A stretch of DNA of 64,000 bases from Parcubacteria group bacterium (GTDB taxonomy: Bacteria > Patescibacteriota > Minisyncoccia > Moranbacterales > UBA9337). Shown in pieces: positions 18,803 to 29,597 of the stretch (within the stretch, counting starts at the first letter, position 1; each line of letters opens with the position of its first letter). The notes below the pieces were generated by a model. It saw only the letters and a program-made list of their open reading frames with translations, searched no databases and was not told the origin of the DNA. The stretch covers positions 163 through 64,162 of the forward strand of contig JBAZSW010000007.1 in the NCBI GenBank assembly GCA_041662245.1, given 5' to 3'. A program made the position numbers and the translations under genes.

Positions 18803-19615
18803 ATGGATCTATCTATTATTATTAACAATTATAAAAATCCAGATTTGCTTCGTCTTTGTATTAAATCTATTCAGAAAAATACAAATAATGTTGATTATGA
18901 AATAATAGCCATTGATTGTGCCACGGAGGAAGTTACAGAGATGATGATGCGCGAAGAATTTCCTAAAATAAATTTTTTTTCTTTTTTGGAAAATGTAGGG
19001 TTCCAAAAAATGGTCAGAAAAGGAATTGAAAATAGCAAAGGAGATTATTTATTAATTTTGAATGGAGATGTTTTAGTAAAAGAAAATTCTATTAAAAAAA
19101 TGCTGGACTATATTAAAGGTGATAGTAGTATTGGCTTGATAGGTCCTAAATTATTAAATTTCAATGGAACTTCACAAGATTCATGTTTCCGATTTTATAA
19201 ACCCATTACTATTATCTATCGTAGGACAATTTTGGGAAAATTGCCCTTTGCCAAAAAACATCTAAATTGGTTTTTGATGCGAGATTATAATCATCAGGAT
19301 CCCAAAGAAGTTGATTGGATAATGGGATCGGCTTTAATGATTTCTCGAATAGCTCTTGATAAGGTGGGGTTTCTAGATACACGTTTTTTCATGTATATGG
19401 AAGATGTTGATTGGTGTCGGCGTTTTTGGGAAAATGGTTTAAAGGTGATATACTTTCCCTTAGCAGAAATGCTTCATTATCACGGTAAGGGAAGTGGCAG
19501 AAAAGGATTTTTTTATTCTATATTTCGCAATAAACTAACTTGGATTCATATTAGTAGCGCGATTAAATATTTTATAAAATATTGGGGAAAGAAAAATCCG
19601 CGATTTAATGAATAA
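18803..19615 (+). CDS. GT2 family glycosyltransferase (WbbL-like)
   Basis: DLSIII, LN.D and FFMYMEDVDWC motifs. Confidence 0.9.
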   Translation: MDLSIIINNYKNPDLLRLCIKSIQKNTNNVDYEIIAIDCATEEVTEMMMREEFPKINFFSFLENVGFQKMVRKGIENSKGDYLLILNGDVLVKENSIKKMLDYIKGDSSIGLIGPKLLNFNGTSQDSCFRFYKPITIIYRRTILGKLPFAKKHLNWFLMRDYNHQDPKEVDWIMGSALMISRIALDKVGFLDTRFFMYMEDVDWCRRFWENGLKVIYFPLAEMLHYHGKGSGRKGFFYSIFRNKLTWIHISSAIKYFIKYWGKKNPRFNE

Positions 19616-20972
19616 AAAATTAATTAAAAACCTCACAATATATTTATTTATGCATGAGATAAAAAAAGAAAATGAAGGTGCTAATTTTGCGAAAGTTGTT
19701 ATTGAAGATAAAAAAATAATTGAAACTAAAAAGGAAGACAAGAAAAAAGATAATCAAAAAAATGTTTTAACTTATTATATAAAATTAGTTATTATATTTT
19801 CTGTTTTGGCTCTTACTTTTTGGATTGGCTTTGAACGAGGTCAAAAAAATAATCCTAATTTAACTAATCTCAACAAGTCTTTAAATTTGGGAAGTGTCAA
19901 CAATAAGAGTCAAGTAGACATGTCTTTGTACTGGGAGGCTTTTGACAAATTAAAAGAAAAATATGTTGATGCGGATAAATTAACTACTCAAGACTTAGTT
20001 TATAACTCCATAAAAGGAATGATGGCAACTACGGGTGATCCCTATACTGTTTTTATGGATCCTAAAGAGAGTAAAGAATTCAGTTCTGATATAAGCGGAA
20101 CATTTGAGGGAATTGGAGCAGAACTGGGTATCAAACAAGGAATTTTAACTGTGATTTCTCCTCTTAAAGATTCTCCAGCTGAAAAAGCTGGCTTACGGAC
20201 GGGGGATAAAATATTAAAAGTTGACGATTCTTCTACTTCAGAAATGAGTATCGATATGGCAGTTTCAAAGATAAGAGGTAAAGACGGCACGCAGGTTAAA
20301 TTAACTATTTATAGGATTGATAGTGAAGAAAAAACAAAAGATATAGTTGTAACAAGGGGGGTTATTAAAGTAGATAGTGTAACTTTTGAGATGAAAAATA
20401 CTAATATCGCTTATTTTAATGTAGTTCGTTTTGGAGATGATACTGCGATTATGTTCAGTCGTTTGATGAAGGAGATGCCTAAAAATACCAAGGGAATAGT
20501 TATTGATTTACGCAATAATCCCGGAGGATATCTGGATGTAGCTATCGACATGGCTAGCTTGATGTTGCCAGAAGGAGAAGTTGTTGTAATGGAGGAAAAT
20601 AAAAATGGCCAAAGAAAGAATTTTTATGCCAGAGGAGAAGATAAATTAAGTAAAATAAGAACAGTTCTTCTTATTAATGAAGGAAGCGCTAGCGCTTCGG
20701 AAATTTTAGCGGGAGCTTTAAGAGATAATCGCGACAATGTTACTTTAGTAGGTAAAAAATCTTATGGAAAAGGATCTGTTCAAGAACTCTTAAATTTAAG
20801 TGGTGAAACGACAGTAAAAATAACGGTAGCAAGATGGCTTACTCCTAAAGGAAATCAAATCAATGAAAAAGGAATCAGTCCTGACGTTGAAGTTAATTTA
20901 ACAGATGATGACTATAGTAAAAATAAAGACCCTCAAATGGATAAGGCCTTGGAAATTTTATTAAAAAAATAA
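19608..20972 (+). CDS. S41 family carboxyl-terminal protease
   Basis: DPYT, PDZ GIGA, DLRNNPGG, SASASEI and GKGSVQ motifs. Confidence 0.93.
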   Translation: MNKKLIKNLTIYLFMHEIKKENEGANFAKVVIEDKKIIETKKEDKKKDNQKNVLTYYIKLVIIFSVLALTFWIGFERGQKNNPNLTNLNKSLNLGSVNNKSQVDMSLYWEAFDKLKEKYVDADKLTTQDLVYNSIKGMMATTGDPYTVFMDPKESKEFSSDISGTFEGIGAELGIKQGILTVISPLKDSPAEKAGLRTGDKILKVDDSSTSEMSIDMAVSKIRGKDGTQVKLTIYRIDSEEKTKDIVVTRGVIKVDSVTFEMKNTNIAYFNVVRFGDDTAIMFSRLMKEMPKNTKGIVIDLRNNPGGYLDVAIDMASLMLPEGEVVVMEENKNGQRKNFYARGEDKLSKIRTVLLINEGSASASEILAGALRDNRDNVTLVGKKSYGKGSVQELLNLSGETTVKITVARWLTPKGNQINEKGISPDVEVNLTDDDYSKNKDPQMDKALEILLKK

Positions 20973-21083
20973 AAAGTTATAAAAAAATTAGAATATATTA
21001 TCGATATGGAGGATTGTAATATGGACAGTCCTCTTTTGCTTCTGATTATTTGCAAAGCAGATTTATGATGATATTATGGCTGT

Positions 21084-22301
21084 ATGAAGACAAAAATAAG
21101 TGCAAAAGTAAATACAAGCGCACCACTAGCCAGTCGTATGAGGCCAAGGGCTTTTAAGGATTTTTTTGGTCATGGAAACTTGATGGAAAAAGATGCCTAT
21201 TTGAAAAAAATTATTGATGCAGACTCTTTGTTTTCAATGATTTTTTGGGGTCCCCCAGGAACAGGTAAGACAACCTTAGCGCAACTGATTGCCGAAAAAA
21301 CAAAGGCTGATTTTATAAAAATTAGTGCAGTGGATAGTGGAGCGCAAAAATTACGAAGCATTATTTCTCAAGCTGATGAAAATTTTAAACAAAATAAAAG
21401 AACTATTCTTTTTTTGGACGAAATCCATCGCTGGAATAAAGCTCAGCAAGATAAGCTGCTTCCTTATGTAGAAAAAGGATTGATTATCTTGATTGGAGCC
21501 ACGACCGAAAATCCTAGTTTTGAAATTAACTCCGCTCTTTTATCGCGAGCGCGAGTTTTTGTTTTACATAAATTGGAAGTGCCTAGTTTGGAAAAAATAA
21601 TTAAAAGGGCGCTGGTTGATAAAAAAGTTGGATTAGGTGAAAAAAATATCAAAATTAGCCAAGAAACCATCTCTTTTTTGGCTCATATCTCCAATGGAGA
21701 CGCGCGAATAGCTTTAAATGTTTTGGAAGCTTCAAGTAATTATTCTAATAAAATTGATAATGAATTAATTAAAAAAATTATTCAAAAAACTAATTTGATT
21801 TATGATAAAAGTGGAGATGAACATTATAATATAATTTCGGCTTTACATAAATCGATGCGGGGAGGAGATGCCGATGCTGCGGTTTATTGGATGGCACGAA
21901 TGCTTGAGGGAGGAGAGGACCCCATTTATATTGCGCGACGATTGGTTCGTTTTGCTTCGGAGGATATTGGATTAGCTAATAATACCGCCTTGCTTTTGGC
22001 CAATGCTACTTTCGATGCTTGTCAAAAATTGGGCGTACCAGAATGCAATGTACATCTTTCACAATGCGTGATTTATTTGGCCAAATCTTCAAAAAGCATT
22101 GTTGCCTATGAAGCCTATAATAGAGCTAAAAAAGATGTCGAAAAATTTGGAAATTTATCTGTCCCACTCCATATCCGCAATGCTCCTACAAAATTAATGA
22201 AAAATTTAAATTATGGAAAAGATTATAAATATACCCCCAAAGAAGATAGCTCTGATCAAGAATATTTGCCAGAAGAATTGAAGGGCAAAAAATATGTGTG
22301 A
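21084..22301 (+). CDS. rarA: Replication-associated recombination protein A
   Basis: [35 protein letters not shown] and ASEDIG motifs. Confidence 0.94.
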   Translation: MKTKISAKVNTSAPLASRMRPRAFKDFFGHGNLMEKDAYLKKIIDADSLFSMIFWGPPGTGKTTLAQLIAEKTKADFIKISAVDSGAQKLRSIISQADENFKQNKRTILFLDEIHRWNKAQQDKLLPYVEKGLIILIGATTENPSFEINSALLSRARVFVLHKLEVPSLEKIIKRALVDKKVGLGEKNIKISQETISFLAHISNGDARIALNVLEASSNYSNKIDNELIKKIIQKTNLIYDKSGDEHYNIISALHKSMRGGDADAAVYWMARMLEGGEDPIYIARRLVRFASEDIGLANNTALLLANATFDACQKLGVPECNVHLSQCVIYLAKSSKSIVAYEAYNRAKKDVEKFGNLSVPLHIRNAPTKLMKNLNYGKDYKYTPKEDSSDQEYLPEELKGKKYV

Positions 22302-22445
22302 CGCGAAAGTTCTTCGCACAATATTTAGTCATTTAAATCAGTAAATAATAAAAGGAGGCATAGACTCTTGGTTTTTCGATGGGGTGTCTTTTTTTGATTG
22401 ACATATGTTAAGTTAGCTTTAATAAATAACTCTATTAAAAAATCT

Positions 22446-22477
22446 CCTCAACATCTGACGGCCGTCAGATGTTGAGG
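22446..22477. repeat. Perfect 32-bp palindrome, copy 1
   Basis: CCTCAACATCTGACGG|CCGTCAGATGTTGAGG. Confidence 0.97.
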
Positions 22478-22490
22478 GAAAGTTATTATT

Positions 22491-23048
22491 ATGCATAAGT
22501 TTGGGTCGGTTCAAAAGAAAATTATGTTAGTTCTTTTGGGAGGAGTAGCTTTGGGCTTGTCTTCTTCTCCCCGTCAATATTTTTATACTTTCAGAAAAAT
22601 TAGTGATGATTGGAAAAGTATAAGAGAAGATAATTTTAATAGGTCAATTTCTGTTTTGGCAAAGGAAAAATTAATTGAGGAGAAAATATTGCCAGATGGT
22701 AGTGTAAAGCCAGTTTTAACCAAGGAAGGCAAAAAACAAGCAAGTTTATTAATGCTATTTAGAGATGTAGCAGATTTCAAAAAACCTAAAAATTGGGATA
22801 AGAAATGGAGAATAGTCATTTTTGATATTCCAGAGGGGGACAGAATATTTCGAAGTATATTGCGCCAGCATTTGCGAGCTTTGAGTTTTTTGAAATTACA
22901 ACAAAGTGTTTTTATTTCGCCTTATCCTTGTGAAAAAATAATTTCAGATTTAACGGATATTTATTCAGCTGGTAAATATATAAAAGTTATTACCGCGATA
23001 AGAGTTGATGATGAAAAAAGAATAAAAAAATACTTCTTAATAAAGTAG
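22491..23048 (+). CDS. PaaX-like protein with wHTH-like region and Cas2-like domain
   Basis: LTKEGK...WDKKWRIVIFDIPE..R..R..LR..L..L.F..LQQSV..SPYPC. Confidence 0.8.
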   Translation: MHKFGSVQKKIMLVLLGGVALGLSSSPRQYFYTFRKISDDWKSIREDNFNRSISVLAKEKLIEEKILPDGSVKPVLTKEGKKQASLLMLFRDVADFKKPKNWDKKWRIVIFDIPEGDRIFRSILRQHLRALSFLKLQQSVFISPYPCEKIISDLTDIYSAGKYIKVITAIRVDDEKRIKKYFLIK

Positions 23049-23106
23049 TCTAATATATAATGATATAAAAACACCTTATTTCAATCTATGTTGAAAGGTT
23101 TAATCT

Positions 23107-23142
23107 TTCCTCAACATCTGACGGCCGTCAGATGTTGAGGAA
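23107..23142. repeat. Perfect palindrome, copy 2 (same 32-bp core at 23109-23140, 36 bp perfect)
   Basis: TTCCTCAACATCTGACGG|CCGTCAGATGTTGAGGAA. Confidence 0.97.
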
Positions 23143-23267
23143 GATTTTAAAGAGAGAGAAGATAGGGTGGATAAATGGTGGAGTGTGATGAAGGTTTTTG
23201 TAAAGTGAGGTTTGGTGATATACTAAAAATATTAAATGTTCGATTTTAGATGTAAAATTTTAAAAAT

Positions 23268-23786
23268 ATGAAAGTAATTTTATTGATGGCGATGTCGTTA
23301 AATGGTATGATTGCCCGCAAAGATGGGGATGAAGATTTTTTATCTCATGCTAACTGGCAGTCTTTTAGTGAATCGGCAAAGCAACATGGCTGTTTTATTG
23401 CTGGCAGGAAATCTTATGAGATTGTAGAAACGTGGCCGGATTATAATTACAGCAGTATTGATGCAAAATTGAAAATTATAGTTTCCAGAAATTCTGTTTT
23501 AGAGTTGCAAACTCCATTTGTGAGAGCTAGTTCGCCAAAAGATGCTATAGAAATAGCTAAAGCTGAAAATATTTCGTCAGCAATTCTTGTGGGTGGTAGC
23601 TCAAATAACAGTGCGTTTATGGCTGAGAATTTAGTAGATGAAGTAATTTTAAATATTGAGCCGGCAATTATCGGAAAAGGTATTCCAATTTTTGCCGAGA
23701 GCGAATTTGATAGACGTTTGAGTTTCATAGATGCTACAAAAATTGCGGAGGATATATTGCAAGTAAAATATAAGGTTATTAAATAA
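23268..23786 (+). CDS. Dihydrofolate reductase/RibD C-terminal family protein
   Basis: MAMSLNGMIA, GRKSYE, VGG and LVDEV.L.IEP.IIGKGIPIF motifs. Confidence 0.85.
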   Translation: MKVILLMAMSLNGMIARKDGDEDFLSHANWQSFSESAKQHGCFIAGRKSYEIVETWPDYNYSSIDAKLKIIVSRNSVLELQTPFVRASSPKDAIEIAKAENISSAILVGGSSNNSAFMAENLVDEVILNIEPAIIGKGIPIFAESEFDRRLSFIDATKIAEDILQVKYKVIK

Positions 23787-23810
23787 AAATTAATCTTTTT
23801 ACTAAACATT

Positions 23811-24497
23811 ATGAAAATAATCGGACTATTGGGCGGAACTTCTTGGGTTTCAACCGTTGAATATTATCGCCAGATCAATAAAAAAGTTAATGAGCGACTT
23901 GGCAAAAATCATTCGGCCAAAATTATTTTGAGCAGTATGGATTATGAAGAGATTAAACAATATAATTATCAAAATTGGGAAAAAATTGAAGATATTTTAA
24001 CAGATGAAATTATGAAATTGGATAGTTGCAAAGTGGACTGCATGTTAATTTGCAATAATACTTTGCATAAAGCACTAGATGATATTAAGCCTTACCTTTA
24101 TGCGGAAGCACCAATTTTTCATATTGTTGATTGCGTGGGTGAATATGCCAAAAAAAATAATTTTAAGAATATTTTACTTTTTGGGACAAAATTTACCATG
24201 GAGGATGGTTTCTATCATAAGAAACTTAAAGAATATGGTCTGAATATTATTACGCCAGCCGAAGATGAGAGAATGGAAATTCAAAGAATTACGCAGGAAG
24301 AATTGGCCAAAGAAAAATTTACAGATGTATCCAGGAAGTGGTTTCAGGAAATTGTTGCAAAGTATCCCTGCGATGCTGTGGTGGTTGGATGTACGGAATT
24401 GCCGATGATAATTAAGCAAGAAGATTATAATATCCCGATATTAAACACACTGGATTTGCATTGTGAAAAAGCAGTAAATTTTTCTTTGGAAAACTAA
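23811..24497 (+). CDS. Aspartate/amino-acid racemase
   Basis: IGLLGGTSW.ST..YY, CNNTLH, GTKFTME and GCTELP motifs. Confidence 0.9.
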   Translation: MKIIGLLGGTSWVSTVEYYRQINKKVNERLGKNHSAKIILSSMDYEEIKQYNYQNWEKIEDILTDEIMKLDSCKVDCMLICNNTLHKALDDIKPYLYAEAPIFHIVDCVGEYAKKNNFKNILLFGTKFTMEDGFYHKKLKEYGLNIITPAEDERMEIQRITQEELAKEKFTDVSRKWFQEIVAKYPCDAVVVGCTELPMIIKQEDYNIPILNTLDLHCEKAVNFSLEN

Positions 24498-24500
24498 TTT

Positions 24501-25079
24501 ATGAAAGAATTTATAAAAATTGAAGGTAGGGATTTATTTTTGTTAAATACGGAATTATTGGGCTTGAAGGAAGCTCAACTTTGGATTGGGCTGAGTCCTG
24601 ACGGACCATTGGATAATAATGATCAAAGAGTGCTAGTGGAGAGGGCGAGAGAGATGGAAAATAAAAATAATCCAGGAAATAGAATTTCCGGAATAGAAGC
24701 GGTAAATTTAACAGAAAGCAAAAAATTTCCTAATTGGTTTGAAGTAAATACGTCTGCTTGGCAGGCAGGGATTTATCGGTTTAATATTCATAGCAATCCC
24801 AATGTACATTCACCAAATGGAACGGAGTTGCGACCAATTCGTGACGGTCAATATTCATGGCCGAATTTTTCAGATGAATATTTACTCAATTTGCCTGATG
24901 AGCAAAAAGAATTTTTATATCTTGAAAAAAATAAAGCCGGATTTTGCCTGCGAATAGAAATATTAGAAAATAGAGAAATAAAACCAACAGGGGATGGATT
25001 GGAATGGATTAAGAATTGGTCGGAAATTAAAAAAGAAACAGAGGCACATTATAGAGAAAAAATGAATTTTGCAAAATAA
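24501..25079 (+). CDS. Hypothetical protein
   Basis: 192-aa ORF directly after the racemase gene. Confidence 0.7.
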   Translation: MKEFIKIEGRDLFLLNTELLGLKEAQLWIGLSPDGPLDNNDQRVLVERAREMENKNNPGNRISGIEAVNLTESKKFPNWFEVNTSAWQAGIYRFNIHSNPNVHSPNGTELRPIRDGQYSWPNFSDEYLLNLPDEQKEFLYLEKNKAGFCLRIEILENREIKPTGDGLEWIKNWSEIKKETEAHYREKMNFAK

Positions 25080-25371
25080 TAAAATAAAAATCACTATCTT
25101 TTTTATCTGCTCATCACCCGCCTGTAATGATACAACATTTCGGGCAGGTCATTTGGTGAGGGAAAAAGCTTCAGATTTTAATATGTCTAATCTGAAGCTT
25201 TTTTTATTTTATTAAAGCCATCGCTCGCATTAAATTAATTTAAACTCTATTTCATAATTAGACCAGAATTAACTATTTTTTTCAAAATATTGACAAATGT
25301 GGTATAATACAGCCGACGAAATAGGGTAAACCCGAATTTTGGTCGTGATAATAATTAAAAAATAAAAAAAT

Positions 25372-26697
25372 ATGGATAATACAACACAAAAAGAAGAAAT
25401 GATAAAAGAGGCTGAGGTAGTCAAAAAAACACCTAATGTTTCTGAAAAAAAAGAAGATTTTAAGCCAAAAAATGGATTATCGTTTAAAATATGGTTAATC
25501 ATTATTTTGGGCATGTTTTTATCTTCCGTTTTGGGTGGTTTTTTTGGTTTTTTGGCAGGAGGTTTCTCGGGAATATTATCTGCCAAAATAAAAACTAAAG
25601 TAGAACGTAAGCTTGGATTGAATAAAAGTAAAAATGCAATTGTCGAAAAAGGAACCATCTTACAGGAAGAATCGGCTGTAATTGATGTAGTAGAAAAAAA
25701 TTCTCCAGCGGTGGTAAATATTGTAATCAGTAAAGATGTCCCTAAATTTAAAAATAATGGATTTAATTTTTTCTTTGATCCTTTTGGATATCAGCAACAG
25801 CAAGACAATTCTGCTAATCAAGAAACAGAAAAACAAAAGGTGGGAGGAGGAACAGGATTTTTTGTTTCAGCGGATGGGATGATTGTGACCAATAAACATG
25901 TTGTTGAAGATCAGTCTGCCCAATATACCGTAATAACTAACGAAGGCAAAGAATATAAGGCTAATGTTTTGGCGCGTCATCCTTCTCTAGACATAGCAAT
26001 TATTAAAATTGAAGGTGACAATTTTCCGGTTTTGACATTGGGAGATTCAGACAAACTTAAGGTAGGACAATCAGCTATAGCTATCGGAAATTCATTGGGA
26101 GAATTTTCCAATAGTGTGAGCCTAGGAATTGTTTCGGGATTAAAAAGAGATATTACTGCGGGAGGAATGATGGGTGGTAGTGAAAAATTGACTAATATCA
26201 TCCAAACCGATGCCGCTATTAATCCCGGAAATTCTGGCGGACCACTTTTGGATATAAAAGGTGATGTGATTGGAATCAATGTGGCTGTCGCACAAGGAGT
26301 AGAAAATATCGGTTTCGCTCTTTCTGTTAATGATATTAAAAAAACAATCAACCAAGTGAAAGACAACGGTAAAATTTCAGTTCCTTATTTAGGAATTCGC
26401 TATTTAATTTTAGATGATAATATTCAAAAGGAGAACAGTTTGCCTTACAATTACGGAGCACTTGTTTCTAGAGGTGAAAAAATAACTGATTTTGCGGTAA
26501 TTCCTGGATCTCCTGCAGATAAAGCTGGTTTAGTAGAGAATGATATAATTCTTGAAATAAATGGTAAAAAAATTGATGAAGATAATCAAATAAATAATAT
26601 TATAACCTCTTTGGGCATTGGTGATGAAATTGACTTGAAAGTTTGGCACAAAGGAGAGGAAAAAGAAGTAAAGGCTACCTTGGAAGAAAGAAAATAA
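25372..26697 (+). CDS. HtrA/DegP family serine protease with PDZ domain
   Basis: TNKHVV and QTDAAINPGNSGGPL motifs, C-terminal PDZ, N-terminal TM. Confidence 0.93.
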   Translation: MDNTTQKEEMIKEAEVVKKTPNVSEKKEDFKPKNGLSFKIWLIIILGMFLSSVLGGFFGFLAGGFSGILSAKIKTKVERKLGLNKSKNAIVEKGTILQEESAVIDVVEKNSPAVVNIVISKDVPKFKNNGFNFFFDPFGYQQQQDNSANQETEKQKVGGGTGFFVSADGMIVTNKHVVEDQSAQYTVITNEGKEYKANVLARHPSLDIAIIKIEGDNFPVLTLGDSDKLKVGQSAIAIGNSLGEFSNSVSLGIVSGLKRDITAGGMMGGSEKLTNIIQTDAAINPGNSGGPLLDIKGDVIGINVAVAQGVENIGFALSVNDIKKTINQVKDNGKISVPYLGIRYLILDDNIQKENSLPYNYGALVSRGEKITDFAVIPGSPADKAGLVENDIILEINGKKIDEDNQINNIITSLGIGDEIDLKVWHKGEEKEVKATLEERK

Positions 26698-26764
26698 AAA
26701 AATGAGGGAGGTATTTGTGTTTTAGAAAGATTAATAAATTTAATTTTTTTAAGTTAATGACTGT

Positions 26765-29374
26765 ATGGACATAAATAAATTCACCCAAAAAAGTCAAGAA
26801 GCACTAAGAGGGGCACAAGAAATTGCTTCGGCTAAAAATCAACAGCAAATAGATGGTCTTCATTTGTTGAGTTCTTTAATTTTACAAGCAGATTCAATTG
26901 TAGCGACAGTTTTAAGTAAGTTGGAAGTTCCTCTGGATAAATTAAAATTGGATGTAGATAAACAGATAGATAAACTGCCTAGAACTCAAAACTATCAAGG
27001 GGGACAAGTTTTTATTTCTCAAACAGTGGGAAGAATTTTAGATCAAGCTGAAAAAGAAATGCAAAAAATGGGAGATGAATTCGTTTCTACGGAGCATCTC
27101 TTTTTGGCGTTAATGGCTAATCCGCCTTTTGATAAATATTTAATTACCTATGGAATTGATTACGATAAAACCTTAAGAGTATTATCGTTGGCTCGAGGCA
27201 ATCAAAGAGTAGATAGTATTAATCCTGAAGAAAAATTTCAGTCTTTAGAAAAGTATACAATTAATTTTACCAAGTTGGCTCGAGAAGAAAAACTTGATCC
27301 TGTAATTGGAAGAGATGAAGAAATCCGAAGAGTGATTCAAGTTTTAAGTCGTAGAACTAAAAATAATCCAGTTTTAATCGGAGAGGCAGGAACAGGTAAA
27401 ACGGCTATCGTAGAGGGGTTAGCTCAGCGAATTATTGCGGGAGATATATCTGAAAATCTTAAAGATAAAGAAATTGTTAGTTTAGATTTAGGTGCACTTT
27501 TGGCGGGAGCAAAATTTAGAGGATCTTTTGAAGAAAGACTGAAGGCAATTTTAAAAGAAATAGAAAGTTCCTCTGGAAAGTATATTATTTTTATCGATGA
27601 ATTGCATACGCTAATAGGCGCAGGTGCAATGGAGGGGGCGTTAGATGCTTCCAACATGCTTAAGCCAATGCTGGCTCGAGGAAAAATGCGTACTATTGGA
27701 GCGACGACGACAAAAGAATATCAAAAATATATCGAAAAAGATGCTGCGCTTGAAAGGAGGTTTCAGCCAGTGCTAATTGCTGAACCATCAGAGGAAGATG
27801 CTATTGCAATTTTACGAGGAATAAAAGAAAAATATGAACTTCATCATGGAATAAAAATAACCGATGCGGCTATTATAGCAGCTGTAAAACTGTCCAAACG
27901 TTACATTACTGATAGATTTTTACCAGATAAAGCTGTTGATTTGATTGACGAAGCCGCTTCATCGTTACGAATTGAAATCGACTCTCGTCCTACGGAGGTA
28001 GATCAATTGGAAAGAAAAATCAGAAGACTGGAAATTGAGAGTAAAGCTTTAAAAAAAGAAAAAAGCGAAAAGGCTAAAGAAAAAGTTTTTCAAATTAGTA
28101 AAAATTTGGCTGAATTGAAAGAGAGATCTAAAAAATTAACTTTGCAATGGCAAGGGGAAAAAGATTTGATTACAGCTAGCAGAAAACACAAAGAAGAGAT
28201 TGACAAATTAAAATCAGAATCGGAAATGCTAGAAAGGAATGGCGAATTAGATAAAGTAGCGGAGATTCGTTATGGAAAAATTCCAGATTTAGAAAAGAAA
28301 ATTAAAGAAGAGTCAGCTAAATTGGCTAGATTGCAAAAAAACGGGGCTATTTTGAAAGAAGAAATTACCGAAGAAGATATCGCACAAGTAGTAGCACGTT
28401 GGACAGGAATTCCAGTTTCAAAAATGCTTCAAAGTGAAATTAAAAAACTGGCAAAGCTAGAGGAATTTTTAGCTTTGCGCGTGATTGGACAAGAGGAAGC
28501 GATAAAGGCCGTTTCCAATGCAGTGCGTCGTTCTAGGGCAGGAATATCCGAGGAAAGTCGTCCTATCGGTTCTTTTATTTTTTTAGGGCCTACGGGAGTA
28601 GGAAAAACAGAATTGGCTAAATCTTTAACAGAGGCATTATTTGACGATGAAAAGGCATTGGTACGATTAGATATGAGTGAGTTTATGGAAGCGCATTCTA
28701 CTGCCAAATTAATCGGCTCTCCTCCTGGATATATAGGATATGATGAGGGTGGACAGTTAACAGAAATAGTCAGAAGAAGACCTTATAGCGTGATTTTATT
28801 TGATGAAATAGAAAAAGCTCACCCTCAGATTTTTAATATTTTATTGCAAATTCTTGATGACGGACGTTTAACTGATGCTAAAGGAAGGACGGTCAGCTTT
28901 AAAAATGTAGTAATTATTATGACTTCTAACGTAGGATCAGATATTATCTACAAAAATAGTACGCTGGGATTTAGCGGTAAGAATAATCGCTCAGAGAAAA
29001 TAAAAGAATTAGAGATGCGAGAAAGAGTGCTGGGAGAATTAAGAAATAATTTTAAACCAGAATTTCTCAATCGAATAGATGAGATAATAATTTTTCATTC
29101 CTTAGATAAAAAGATGCTGGCTAAAATAGTGGAGTTACAACTAGCGCTTATTAAGACAAGATTAATCAAAAAAGATATTGAACTAAGCATTTCAAATGAA
29201 GTTAGCAAATATTTAACCCAAAAAGGTTTTGATCCAGTTTACGGAGCTAGACCCTTAAAGAGAGTTATCCAAAATGATATTTTAGACGAGTTGGCTCTAA
29301 AAATTATTGAAGGTAAGATTAAAAATGGCAAAGCGTCAGTTGATTTGAAGGGAAATAAAATTGTAATAAAATAA
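26765..29374 (+). CDS. clpB: Chaperone ClpB
   Basis: Two AAA modules (GEAGTGKT, GPTGVGKT) and a long middle coiled coil. Confidence 0.95.
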   Translation: MDINKFTQKSQEALRGAQEIASAKNQQQIDGLHLLSSLILQADSIVATVLSKLEVPLDKLKLDVDKQIDKLPRTQNYQGGQVFISQTVGRILDQAEKEMQKMGDEFVSTEHLFLALMANPPFDKYLITYGIDYDKTLRVLSLARGNQRVDSINPEEKFQSLEKYTINFTKLAREEKLDPVIGRDEEIRRVIQVLSRRTKNNPVLIGEAGTGKTAIVEGLAQRIIAGDISENLKDKEIVSLDLGALLAGAKFRGSFEERLKAILKEIESSSGKYIIFIDELHTLIGAGAMEGALDASNMLKPMLARGKMRTIGATTTKEYQKYIEKDAALERRFQPVLIAEPSEEDAIAILRGIKEKYELHHGIKITDAAIIAAVKLSKRYITDRFLPDKAVDLIDEAASSLRIEIDSRPTEVDQLERKIRRLEIESKALKKEKSEKAKEKVFQISKNLAELKERSKKLTLQWQGEKDLITASRKHKEEIDKLKSESEMLERNGELDKVAEIRYGKIPDLEKKIKEESAKLARLQKNGAILKEEITEEDIAQVVARWTGIPVSKMLQSEIKKLAKLEEFLALRVIGQEEAIKAVSNAVRRSRAGISEESRPIGSFIFLGPTGVGKTELAKSLTEALFDDEKALVRLDMSEFMEAHSTAKLIGSPPGYIGYDEGGQLTEIVRRRPYSVILFDEIEKAHPQIFNILLQILDDGRLTDAKGRTVSFKNVVIIMTSNVGSDIIYKNSTLGFSGKNNRSEKIKELEMRERVLGELRNNFKPEFLNRIDEIIIFHSLDKKMLAKIVELQLALIKTRLIKKDIELSISNEVSKYLTQKGFDPVYGARPLKRVIQNDILDELALKIIEGKIKNGKASVDLKGNKIVIK

Positions 29375-29597
29375 AGCAAAGGGGTTGGCTTAATTTAAAA
29401 AAGATGCTATAAATTAAATAGTAGCTTTGCTTTTATTTGGAGAGCCATAGTTGAATCAATCGTTCTGCTTATTAATTTTTTTGATAAATTGACAAAAATG
29501 AATACACTTTTAGATGATTTTATTAAAAAGACCCTTTGGATTTGGTTGCCTTTTTTTGCATGTTATCGCTTAACCAAAGAGCTTGCGAATAAATTGG

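Noticed and set aside
26698-26764. CIRCE or CtsR heat-shock operator upstream of clpB
   Set aside because: No TTAGCACTC-N9-GAGTGCTAA or CtsR repeat is visible.
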